Source: a virus. Taken from it: a stretch of DNA of 64,000 nucleotides. A program made the translations under genes and the position numbers. The stretch is taken from IMG/VR virus record IMGVR_UViG_3300046665_000434, positions 32,001-96,000 of that record. One strand, written 5' to 3'. The notes under the pieces are model-generated. The model ran no database searches. It was given only the letters and a program-made list of their open reading frames with translations, and was not told where the DNA came from. Positions within the stretch are counted from its first letter, which is position 1. Each line of letters begins with the position of its first letter. Below, one piece after another: positions 37,112-45,520 of the stretch.

Positions 37112-37334
37112 TGTGTGCTGATGCGCCGATGTCTTCGACTAGCAGCCTTTGAGCGGGTAGGTCGTGAGCATTGGCGCATTGGCGCCTCTTTTCCCCTCCG
37201 CAGGGGGAGACTTGAGACTATAGGGTATCTTGGTATCACGCCTGAGAATGTGTGCTGGCATATCCTGAAACCTCTGCTGGGAGGTGTCTTTCGTATGTAG
37301 GGGTACTCAGCTCCGGCATCCCGCGACTAATTTC

Positions 37335-38042
37335 GGATAGATAGGGAAGTGGCCAAACCCATCGGATTGACTTATTCTATGTATTTAAACATGGGATACG
37401 TCAATGAACTGCATCCACTGTCAGCGAGAATGTGTTAATTGGAATTCTCGGCGTGCACACGAGTGTCGTTGTCCGATGAATCCCAATCGGAAAGTCTTTA
37501 GCCCCAATCTAGGCAACCGACATTCTGAAGCTACTAAGGAGAGATGTAGGGCTGCCGCTCAACAGCAACATCGGCAAGGTTTAAGTGCCGGTTTCCCTAA
37601 CTGGGAAGGTAGAACTCATCGAGAAGAAAGTAAGTTAAGAATATCCCAAGCGCTGATGGGTAACAGGAATGGTAACCATCGAGGGGATCGACAGTCCTAC
37701 TATCGCGGGATCAGAATGGATTCTAGATGGGAGGTTCGTACTGCCGAGTGGTTAGATGACATGGGTTGTTATTGGAGATATTCTCCGAGGGGATTCCAGC
37801 TATCCGACGGGCGACACTACTATCCTGATTTCTTTGTCTATGATGATGAAGGTTGTTTAGATTACCTGATCGAAGTTAAAGGTTATTTTAGAGAAGGTAA
37901 TCGTTTGAAATTCGAAACGTTTAAACGAGAATATCCTGAAATAGAAATACGGTTGTGGGAGAAACCTCAACTTAAAGAATTGGGTATCCTTTAGAGTCCG
38001 GTCTCTATGAGTACGTCGGTTCGAATCCGACTCTGTCCTCCA
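37335..38042 (+). tRNA. type II tRNA (Leu-TAG-like) split in the anticodon loop by a 623-nt endonuclease-encoding insert (about 37369..37991)
   Basis: 5' half GGATAGA-TA-GGG..CCC-A-TCGGA-TT; 3' half TAG-AG-TCCGG, variable arm, GTCGG-TTCGAAT-CCGAC, TCTGTCC-T-CCA. Confidence 0.8.
37404..37994 (+). CDS. putative homing endonuclease (Zn finger, NUMOD3-like motifs, PD-(D/E)XK domain)
   Basis: CxxC..HxxxC, GRTHREESKLRIS, DSRWE...YYPDF...IEVKG; lies inside a tRNA gene. Confidence 0.85.
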   Translation: MNCIHCQRECVNWNSRRAHECRCPMNPNRKVFSPNLGNRHSEATKERCRAAAQQQHRQGLSAGFPNWEGRTHREESKLRISQALMGNRNGNHRGDRQSYYRGIRMDSRWEVRTAEWLDDMGCYWRYSPRGFQLSDGRHYYPDFFVYDDEGCLDYLIEVKGYFREGNRLKFETFKREYPEIEIRLWEKPQLKELGIL

Positions 38043-38060
38043 ATTGATGGAAAGGTAACC

Positions 38061-38489
38061 ATGTCCACTACGCCTCATGTTCGAGTTGGTGTCGCAGTCC
38101 TTATTCGGAGGGCTAACGGTAAGCTTCTCGTTGGTCGTCGTCAAGGAAGTCATGGCGCTGGTACTTGGACTGTCCCTGGTGGACATCTGGAGTTCGGTGA
38201 ATCGATCGAAGACTGTGCTCGACGTGAAGTGGCTGAAGAGACTGGCCTTACTCTGCTGAGCGTATCGGTAGGTTTTGCCGTAACCAATGATATCTTCACC
38301 GAAGTCAACAAGCACTACATCACCGTCTGGGTGGAAGCTACCGTCGGTGAGATTGACGAAGCCGAAAACCTAGAGCCTGAGAAGTGCGATGGTTGGGAAT
38401 GGTATCATGGACCAGAGGTTCCCACACCTCGATTCCTAGGTCTCCAGAACTTGATAGATCAACGTCCAGCCTACTGGAGTTATACTTGA
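38061..38489 (+). CDS. Nudix hydrolase (MutT/NUDT15-like)
   Basis: GGHLEFGESIEDCARREVAEETGL Nudix box; NLEPEKCDGWEW. Confidence 0.92.
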   Translation: MSTTPHVRVGVAVLIRRANGKLLVGRRQGSHGAGTWTVPGGHLEFGESIEDCARREVAEETGLTLLSVSVGFAVTNDIFTEVNKHYITVWVEATVGEIDEAENLEPEKCDGWEWYHGPEVPTPRFLGLQNLIDQRPAYWSYT

Positions 38490-38498
38490 TACCATATT

Positions 38499-38628
38499 TC
38501 CATGATAGCTACTCGGAAAGGCGCCGTCAATGGGTTCGACTCCCGTTACCCTTAGGGGTATGTTGCCACCCGTACGGGTGGCTTGGCATAGACGGAGATT
38601 GTAGGTTCGACCCCTGCTCATGGAACCT
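38499..38628 (+). ncRNA. tRNA-like RNA with a second T arm inserted in the anticodon loop, 3' end ACCT
   Basis: TCCATGA/TCATGGA acceptor, CCGTC/GACGG stem, inner ATGGG-TTCGACT-CCCGT, outer GTAGG-TTCGACC-CCTGC. Confidence 0.7.
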
Positions 38629-38669
38629 AATCTTCAGCACAGTAGCCTATTCACGTTAGGAGTATTTTC

Positions 38670-38819
38670 ATGAGTATCGAAAACGAAAAGATCGTAACCG
38701 AACGGAAAGCTTCCGGGCCAAATCTCTCGATGCCGAAATGGAAACCCAGTCAGAAGCTCGCTGATGAGATCGGCGATGAACTTGCGGAACTGATGGCGAA
38801 AGAAGCCTCGGCCAAGTAA
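38670..38819 (+). CDS. small hypothetical protein
   Basis: SD AGGAG; MSIENEKIVTERKASGPNLSMPKWKP... (49 aa). Confidence 0.6.
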   Translation: MSIENEKIVTERKASGPNLSMPKWKPSQKLADEIGDELAELMAKEASAK

Positions 38820-38834
38820 GCACAACTCTTTAAT

Positions 38835-38940
38835 CCCTGGTCGACCATGCGGGGTTGGGCCTATACCCACGATACGATACGATCTAGCTACACGTCCGTC
38901 GTGGTTATTTGTCGGGAGTTCGATCCTCTCACTCGGGGCT
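38835..38940 (+). pseudogene. degenerate tRNA-like element
   Basis: GGGAG-TTCGATC-CTCTC T arm followed by ACTCGGG pairing imperfectly with CCCTGGT; no clear D arm or CCA. Confidence 0.35.
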
Positions 38941-38955
38941 GTATTTGGAGTCGCT

Positions 38956-39159
38956 ATGCTTGACAACGTTGAAGAAAATGTTGAGTACAGGTCTCCATCA
39001 GGGATCAGGTTCAAGGTAACCAGTATAGCGAGACATGCTCAGGATTGTTCCTGGCCCATGATCGTATACACTAATCTCGAACCTACCAAAGACGCACCTA
39101 CCGGTACAGTCTGGGTTATCGCTGAGTCGATATTTCTGAGAACGTTTTCGCGGATATAG
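38956..39159 (+). CDS. DUF1653-like small protein
   Basis: YRSPSGIRFKV...ARH...VY...W...F pattern; SD GGAG. Confidence 0.65.
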   Translation: MLDNVEENVEYRSPSGIRFKVTSIARHAQDCSWPMIVYTNLEPTKDAPTGTVWVIAESIFLRTFSRI

Positions 39160-39223
39160 TTTAATGGTAGAGCCTCAGCCTTCCAAGCTGTTGACCCGAG
39201 TTCGATTCTCGGTATCCGCTCCA
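39150..39223 (+). tRNA. tRNA-Gly(TCC)
   Basis: GCGGATA/TATCCGC acceptor; CAGC-CTTCCAA-GCTG; TCCA. Confidence 0.95.
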
Positions 39224-39232
39224 ACACAGGTC

Positions 39233-39278
39233 GCCACCTACCCTTCGGGTAGGTGGCTATACCTTCTTCTTTTTTTTG
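39233..39278 (+). terminator. terminator closing the tRNA cluster
   Basis: GCCACCTACCC-TTC-GGGTAGGTGGC hairpin plus poly-T. Confidence 0.85.
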
Positions 39279-39345
39279 TTAACGTAAGTTGCGTTTATTA
39301 TGTAGATAAATTCTTCAATACAGTTTAGCAGTAAGAGAGGTACTG

Positions 39346-39627
39346 ATGTCCTCAACCGTTCACGAACTTAATGATAACGTGTTCAGAAAGTATCTGATCT
39401 ACGCAGTCGTCGAAGACAGTGATTGTCGGCCACTTCAGCTACAGCTCCACCTGATGATGGAGCACGTCTATACCCGTAAGGGCTTGCATCCTGACGTTCA
39501 GAAAGAGGAGTTCGAGAAGTCTCTCTTTTCGTGGGCGCGTAATAACCGGTTGTTCCCTGCCCGCATTACGCCGACAGTAGAACGGTTCTTGAAAGCTAAT
39601 AAATCTAACGGGAGGATTGCAGCATGA
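39346..39627 (+). CDS. hypothetical protein
   Basis: SD GAGG. Confidence 0.65.
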   Translation: MSSTVHELNDNVFRKYLIYAVVEDSDCRPLQLQLHLMMEHVYTRKGLHPDVQKEEFEKSLFSWARNNRLFPARITPTVERFLKANKSNGRIAA

Positions 39628-40328
39628 CTCAAGAATACGCAAGCACCAAGATCGTCACCGCCTGGCACGCACAAGCGCCTAACTCTGGCGGTAAAGGTGA
39701 AGACGGCTATAGCGTCAAGTACAAGAATGGCTACGTCAGCTGGTCACCGACCGCTGCATTTGAAGAGAGTAGCGTCGCTCTCGGTAACATCAGCCACTTC
39801 CCTCCATTCCTGCAACGCCTGATTGCAGAACACGCCATCTTGAGTGACAAACTCACTAAGCTCCAGGACTTCATCGATTCGTCTGATTTCCAGATACACA
39901 TCGACGATCCTGATGAGCGTGCGCGCTTGAATCTGCAAGAGTCCCTGATGGCCCGGTATGCCGAAGTGCTGGCTGTCCGTATCGCCGTCCACAAAGAGAA
40001 AGTCGTTAATGCACCGCCTGCGACCATCACTCCAGTCATCGTGAGGTACGCCGGTAAAGGCCCGCATGAACTCCAGGAGCAAACCGTCGCTTTGGGCGAC
40101 ATGCCTGAATCGTTTGATCTCGAGAAAGTCAGCGAGGCTGTTGCAGCAAAGGTTGGCGATGTCGTATATCAGGAAGACGTCTATGAACTCGACGGCCAAG
40201 GTAGTCCTGTCGTGAACGTAGGCCATGATGGACAGCAGGTGTTTGTGATCAAGCACCACAAAGGCACGCCCGTTATCCAGGAACCGATGAAGTTTGGCGA
40301 TGAGTTCAACTTCAACAAAAACGACTGA
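39624..40328 (+). CDS. conserved phage protein (crAss001_48-like N-terminal region)
   Basis: GYSVKYKNGYVSWSP..AFE...QRLIAE...KL..FI...LQ...M..Y..VL..RI. Confidence 0.65.
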   Translation: MTQEYASTKIVTAWHAQAPNSGGKGEDGYSVKYKNGYVSWSPTAAFEESSVALGNISHFPPFLQRLIAEHAILSDKLTKLQDFIDSSDFQIHIDDPDERARLNLQESLMARYAEVLAVRIAVHKEKVVNAPPATITPVIVRYAGKGPHELQEQTVALGDMPESFDLEKVSEAVAAKVGDVVYQEDVYELDGQGSPVVNVGHDGQQVFVIKHHKGTPVIQEPMKFGDEFNFNKND

Positions 40329-40370
40329 TATGGAATTGTTGTTAATTCCAAAACCTATCGGGAGAGTACC

Positions 40371-40685
40371 ATGACTAAAAAGTCCGATGCCGCTAAGGTG
40401 AAAGAAGTGGAGAAACGGTCAGTCTGGCAATCCGTTTCGAAAGAGGCGGAGACCCTGGCAGAGAAACGGCTGGAATGGCTGGAGCTCAATGACCCGGCGA
40501 ACGCTGCTCGCATCCGTACGTTGCGCCGCGATGATGGCAGCCTGGTAATCAACGAGTTGACCGGCACAGTCCATGACCTGGACGTTGCATTGGTTCCCCG
40601 GACTCTCGATGATCTGCAAAACACTGATCCGCTGGTAGGGCGTAAGTCCTATAAGCTGCAACCGGCTGATCAGAAAGCAGAGTAG
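40371..40685 (+). CDS. hypothetical protein
   Basis: paralogue of the C-terminal domain of 35951..36493. Confidence 0.75.
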   Translation: MTKKSDAAKVKEVEKRSVWQSVSKEAETLAEKRLEWLELNDPANAARIRTLRRDDGSLVINELTGTVHDLDVALVPRTLDDLQNTDPLVGRKSYKLQPADQKAE

Positions 40686-40736
40686 CTGGACACAGCGTAG
40701 GGCTTTCGCCCTACGCTGTTTATGCCGGAGATATAC

Positions 40737-40997
40737 ATGGATAATACACAGTGGCTCTTGGAACGTTACGAGAAGGCTTTGAGAGCTATCGCTAAGGGTT
40801 TGTCAGGACATAACGCTAAAGCCGTCGCTACAAGCGCTCTAGGCTGGCCTGACATACCTGCCGATCACCACGTTTGGGTTCTGTTCGACATGGCTGAAGG
40901 TGGGGCGTTCATGTGTGAGCGTTGTGCGGACTGTCAGCTCGGTTATAACCACGCCCCTCCCCCTAAAGAAGGTTGTACTGGAAGGAAAATCGAGTAA
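40737..40997 (+). CDS. hypothetical protein with Cys/His cluster
   Basis: H.W...CERC...C; SD GGAG. Confidence 0.6.
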   Translation: MDNTQWLLERYEKALRAIAKGLSGHNAKAVATSALGWPDIPADHHVWVLFDMAEGGAFMCERCADCQLGYNHAPPPKEGCTGRKIE

Positions 40998-41009
40998 GTC
41001 ATACATTAC
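40996..41009 (+). promoter_or_regulatory. putative phage early promoter motif
   Basis: AAGTCATACATTAC. Confidence 0.55.
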
Positions 41010-41068
41010 CTAACCGCTAAGTCTATGTAGGACCGGAGCACACCAATCTTACAGCGAGGAATATCCTT

Positions 41069-41227
41069 ATGTCTATTGGACTCTTGCTCCTCATCATCCT
41101 GATCGTACTGCTGATCGGAGGTCTGCCTACTTGGGGATATTCGAGAGGATTCGGGTACGGGCCATCAGGGGTGGTTGGAGTGGTACTGGTTATCGTTGTG
41201 GTCATGCTGGTACTTGGCAGGCTATAA
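41069..41227 (+). CDS. DUF3309-family small membrane protein
   Basis: MSIGLLLLIILIVLLIGGLPTWGYSRGFGYGPSGVVG...LGRL; SD GAGGA (below the ORF-track cutoff). Confidence 0.85.
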   Translation: MSIGLLLLIILIVLLIGGLPTWGYSRGFGYGPSGVVGVVLVIVVVMLVLGRL

Positions 41228-41291
41228 CGAACTACACTGCCGAGGGGCTTCGGCCTCTCGGCTTTTATGCCGCATTAACGAGGAAATATAA

Positions 41292-41972
41292 ATGACATCA
41301 CCGCAAGATGAACTCAACAAGAAACATATCGAAACACCAGAACCTGGAGATTACTGGCACGAACGTATGGTTCCGTACCATCTGGTGCTGGCGGTTCTGG
41401 AAAATGGGAACATCGTTATTGCTGAAAGCGGGGATTATTCCGGCATCAGGCTTGATCGTTGTCGCGAAGTCACCAAGGCAGAACAGAACAAGCTCGTATG
41501 TTATCATGGACATACTCAGGCGTTCTGTGCCGATGTGTTAGTAGGGTCTGAAAATGGCTTGAAGGGCGTGGATGTTTGGAAGATGCATTACCGCGGGGAC
41601 TATACTTCCATCGACGAAAGTAAGGTCAGTAAAGAATCCCCAGTGGGCGTATCTGTTGAGATCATTGGTCCAACACCGCGCATCGATCCGATGATCCCTA
41701 ACGTCATCACCGGACGGTATATCCAAATGCTGGGTAGCCGTGGATTTGAGCCCGTCCAGAATGAAGACCCCGACCAATTCACTTGTCCTGATAGCTTCGA
41801 TGGAAATCATCTTCTCTGGATGCTAATCAAGATCCGTAAAGGTGAACTCTCCGATGTAGGTAAAGCCAACCGCTGGCTGGCCTTCGTACAAACCGTAATC
41901 ATCTTCAAGGGATGGACCACGATCAAAGAAGAACGTGACTTCACCCGCCCTTATTTCAACAACACTAACTAA
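41292..41972 (+). CDS. hypothetical protein
   Basis: SD GAGGA; C-terminal HLLWML...KANRWLAFVQ motif. Confidence 0.8.
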   Translation: MTSPQDELNKKHIETPEPGDYWHERMVPYHLVLAVLENGNIVIAESGDYSGIRLDRCREVTKAEQNKLVCYHGHTQAFCADVLVGSENGLKGVDVWKMHYRGDYTSIDESKVSKESPVGVSVEIIGPTPRIDPMIPNVITGRYIQMLGSRGFEPVQNEDPDQFTCPDSFDGNHLLWMLIKIRKGELSDVGKANRWLAFVQTVIIFKGWTTIKEERDFTRPYFNNTN

Positions 41973-41984
41973 AGGAACATTGCC

Positions 41985-42353
41985 ATGAAAGTACTCACTT
42001 ACGAGCAATTCCTCGCTACCGATCGACCAGTCATCTACGCTACGATCGATCCAAAGACCGGCGAGATGTCTAACGATCTTTGCTTGAAATACAAAACGGT
42101 CGGTAAAGGTTGGGAATACACTAGCCTCTCCCCCGATTTGTCGGTAGGTACTGATTACAACAAACTGGCCACTAACTCCGACCTCGTCAAGGAATGCATC
42201 GCTAGCGGAGAAGACGTCCCCATGAACTTCGACGACAATGGTCGCCGTGAAGACGGCTCCTTTCAAGACCAATGTTTGTTTGGCGTCTTTACAGAAGATG
42301 AAGTTAAATCAATGGTCAGTGTCTTGAGGGCAGCGGCGGATTTGCCCGGTTAA
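41985..42353 (+). CDS. hypothetical protein
   Basis: SD AAGGA. Confidence 0.75.
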   Translation: MKVLTYEQFLATDRPVIYATIDPKTGEMSNDLCLKYKTVGKGWEYTSLSPDLSVGTDYNKLATNSDLVKECIASGEDVPMNFDDNGRREDGSFQDQCLFGVFTEDEVKSMVSVLRAAADLPG

Positions 42354-42413
42354 AGTTTAACGCCAAGCACGAACTATATAAGACAACCACGCAATATAAG
42401 GAAGCGTAGTAAG

Positions 42414-42845
42414 ATGTCCATTAGACCGCCAGTGTTGGCGATTGATCGCCAGAAACATTATCGTGATGCATTTACCGATAAAACGATGCGGCTCTATCTG
42501 CCCGTCAACGATCGGGACGAGGTGGTCGAGCACACTAACGGAGAGTGGTTGAAGTGCTGGACCTGGACCGATGTTGAAGGTGAGGTCCCGGTTGCGCTGT
42601 CATCGACAGCGGTGGGTATTTCCCACGCTCTGTTGTGGGCTCCTCGAGAAGATGCCCGTTTGACGCCAGATGGCGTGGTGATCGTCATGGCGCCATTACC
42701 TCGCAGTGTGGCATTCAATAGCCTCAGTAAGCTCGACCAATGGTCACGGCATCTGGAGCGGTCACCTGAATTTGATATCGAGTATCGAGTCGAGACAAAA
42801 CCGATATTCGTCGTTAATGACCCTGAAGAAAATCCACGTAATTAA
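42414..42845 (+). CDS. hypothetical protein
   Basis: 143 aa ORF. Confidence 0.65.
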   Translation: MSIRPPVLAIDRQKHYRDAFTDKTMRLYLPVNDRDEVVEHTNGEWLKCWTWTDVEGEVPVALSSTAVGISHALLWAPREDARLTPDGVVIVMAPLPRSVAFNSLSKLDQWSRHLERSPEFDIEYRVETKPIFVVNDPEENPRN

Positions 42846-42861
42846 TAAGGAGGGTATTCCC

Positions 42862-43953
42862 TTGGCTGAGAAGAAACCTTTGCTGCTGTTCTCCGGTGGT
42901 CTGGACTCCACGTACATCGCGTACAAACACTTCATTAAACAAGAACAGTTCGATATTGTCTATATCGATGGTCGCCAATCTCGTCGTAAAATCGAGGTCG
43001 AGGAGGCTGTTCGTGGTGAGATCCTCAATTGGTTACGTAAGCATACTGAGTTCTCCTGCTATCCTCGCCAACACTCCGCGGCGTCTACCGTGGACTGGTC
43101 TAACGCTACCAGCGCCGGGTTTCGTCAGGCTATGGCTTGGTTTGTATGCGCTCTGGAAGTGGTCGATCCACACGTACACTCTTGCGTGGAAATCGGCTAT
43201 GTTGCAGGTGATCAGATCTCATCCAATCTCGATACCCTGATCGCCGCTTGGAACGCGCTCTGGCCGGTAGCTAAAATCAGCGACAGCGTGGTCCCATTGA
43301 AATTTCCTCTTCGTTATACGACGAAGACTGAAATCATGAACCATATGCCGAAGGATCTGTACGAACTCACTTGGGTGTGTGAGCTTCCTAAGGGTGATGT
43401 TCGTACAGGGTATAAACCTTGTGGTGACTGTGTTCCATGCGATACCCGAGGAATGCTCGAGTACTCCAAAGCTCGTCGGAAAATGACTGCTGAAGAGCAA
43501 AGTCAGCTCGATGCATGGATCGGAAAAACTCTCGATCTGCGCCAACTGGCGAAACCTGAAATCGTGGCAGCGACTGCAAAGGACGCATATAGCGTTACGG
43601 ATAGTGTACAGGAGATCGTCGAGATCGCCAAGAAACTTTCCGAACCTGCCGATGAGAAGCCGGTCACTTACCAACTTGACTGGTCGAAGGTAAAGCAGGG
43701 AGGTACTGATGTCGCCAATGCGTTACAACAGCTTACCGATACAGCGCTGGCGATCAATAAACTCCCTCCTTCGGAAATGGCAAAACTGTTTGTGCTCGAT
43801 GATCACGGCGACCCTCTTCCAGTTGCAGACGGCGCGGTAAAATGGGTAGATCCGATGACATCTGTGCTTAAACGGGATCTTGAGGAACGCGGGTATATGG
43901 ATGCGATCCCATCGGGGCCGGTCAATGACTTACGGAAGGAGGCTGACCTGTAA
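42862..43953 (+). CDS. QueC-like PP-loop ATPase with C-terminal extension
   Basis: LLFSGGLDST PP-loop; TWVC...PCGDCVPC Zn site; TTG start after SD AAGGAGG. Confidence 0.8.
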   Translation: MAEKKPLLLFSGGLDSTYIAYKHFIKQEQFDIVYIDGRQSRRKIEVEEAVRGEILNWLRKHTEFSCYPRQHSAASTVDWSNATSAGFRQAMAWFVCALEVVDPHVHSCVEIGYVAGDQISSNLDTLIAAWNALWPVAKISDSVVPLKFPLRYTTKTEIMNHMPKDLYELTWVCELPKGDVRTGYKPCGDCVPCDTRGMLEYSKARRKMTAEEQSQLDAWIGKTLDLRQLAKPEIVAATAKDAYSVTDSVQEIVEIAKKLSEPADEKPVTYQLDWSKVKQGGTDVANALQQLTDTALAINKLPPSEMAKLFVLDDHGDPLPVADGAVKWVDPMTSVLKRDLEERGYMDAIPSGPVNDLRKEADL

Positions 43954-44705
43954 TGCTGCAATCTATCGATAGCCTCGCCCTGAAGACCATGTTCAAAGTC
44001 AGGCTCGAGAAATTGGGCCTGTTGTTCGTACATGACTTCATCAGGATTCACAACCCTGGACGTAACACGTACCACAACACCACCCACATGCTCGGTGTCG
44101 CTGAGATGGCTACTCGTCTGTGGGATATCGAAGTAGGTCCAGCTGAGCACGATGAGGCCGGTAACTGTCTCGAAGAGCTCGTGGTGGCTGCGTTATTCCA
44201 CGACTTCGACCACAGTGCTGGTGAACTCCCTGACAAGGAGAACATAGCTGACGCCAAGCTTGGCATCGAACAGATGCTGGATCGGAAAGAGTACGACGGT
44301 CAAGTCGGCCTTTACATGATCATGGACGACGGGTTTATCCCGGCCGTTCATCGATTGATGGATGTTACGGAATACCCGTTCGTACATGAGCCAGTCAGTA
44401 CGTCTGAGAAGATCATCCGCGATGCGGATATCCTCTATACGTTCCAGAGCCGTACAGGGCCGATCGTACATGGCCTGTATCGAGAGCTGATGAAGTCTGG
44501 ACGTCTGACTATCGGCATGACGTTCGGACAGTTCCTGGAAGGTCAGCAAGGCTTCCTGGATGGTGTGCAGATGTTCACCAAGACGGGGGCGGTGTTGAAG
44601 GAAGCGTTGACTGCTAAGGTCATTGCCGAACAAAAGCGTTTCGATTACGAAGTCCTCAATGAACGAGGACAGATCCTCAAAAACCAGTTCAGGAATAAAC
44701 GATGA
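43953..44705 (+). CDS. HD-domain phosphohydrolase
   Basis: YHNTTH, AALFHDFDH and IRDADI motifs. Confidence 0.85.
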   Translation: MLQSIDSLALKTMFKVRLEKLGLLFVHDFIRIHNPGRNTYHNTTHMLGVAEMATRLWDIEVGPAEHDEAGNCLEELVVAALFHDFDHSAGELPDKENIADAKLGIEQMLDRKEYDGQVGLYMIMDDGFIPAVHRLMDVTEYPFVHEPVSTSEKIIRDADILYTFQSRTGPIVHGLYRELMKSGRLTIGMTFGQFLEGQQGFLDGVQMFTKTGAVLKEALTAKVIAEQKRFDYEVLNERGQILKNQFRNKR

Positions 44706-45493
44706 GTCTACTATCCGATCGGCAGATCAGGGCACGCTGTACACCGCCTGAGTTTTACGCAGTGACTACCCATCAGAAGACTAATCAGCAACTGGTCTTC
44801 CCGTATGGTCGGGATCAACTGATCAAGAATTCGAGAGATCTTGATCAGGCCCGTGGGGATGGTGCGACCATGGTCGATTGTCCCCGGACAATGGGGCCGG
44901 TTACTCATTCCGCCACGGCTGAACTGTTGCGCAAGTCAGGCTGGAAACCAATGATCTCGCCCTTCTCACCAGAGTTGGTCAGGTATCACGGGAAGACCAG
45001 AATCATCAGCTGGGGTCTGAGCTCCTACGGGTACGACATTCGTATCTCTGGGGTTGACCTCAAGCTCTTCAACAACATCGGTGGACAGATCGTTGACCCG
45101 ATGCGGATCCAGACTGGCCGCTACGCAGTGCCGGAAGTGATGCACGATGATGAGTTCGATCTGGACTACTTCATCTTACCGCCTAACAGTCTGGTGCTGG
45201 CTCACACGGTTGAAAGCTTCTGTATCCCACGGGACATCCTCGTGACGTGCATTGGCAAGTCAACCTATGCCAGAGTGGGTGTGCACCAACTGGTGACGCC
45301 GCTGGAGCCTGAATGGGAAGGCGAATTGGTGCTCGAGATTGCATCGACTACCAACTATCACACCCGCGTCTATATCGGCTGCGGTATCGCTCAGCTGATG
45401 TTCAACAAAGCTGATGAAATCTGCGAGGTCAGTTACAAGGACCGTGACGGTAAGTATCAGGGACAGACGGGTACTCAAGATGCGCTCGTTTAA
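44702..45493 (+). CDS. dcd: dCTP deaminase
   Basis: ISWGLSSYGYDIR, CIGKSTYARVG, TPLEPEWEG and SYKDRDGKYQGQ motifs. Confidence 0.95.
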   Translation: MSLLSDRQIRARCTPPEFYAVTTHQKTNQQLVFPYGRDQLIKNSRDLDQARGDGATMVDCPRTMGPVTHSATAELLRKSGWKPMISPFSPELVRYHGKTRIISWGLSSYGYDIRISGVDLKLFNNIGGQIVDPMRIQTGRYAVPEVMHDDEFDLDYFILPPNSLVLAHTVESFCIPRDILVTCIGKSTYARVGVHQLVTPLEPEWEGELVLEIASTTNYHTRVYIGCGIAQLMFNKADEICEVSYKDRDGKYQGQTGTQDALV

Positions 45494-45520
45494 GATGGGA
45501 CTCTACCAGGATCATCGGTT

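Noticed and set aside
37085-37300. 71-aa ORF
   Set aside because: Starts inside tRNA-Ile, has no SD, and the region is better explained by RNA stems
38007-38060. Upstream start for the Nudix gene
   Set aside because: Falls in the 3' half of the split tRNA; ATG at 38061 has an SD-like sequence
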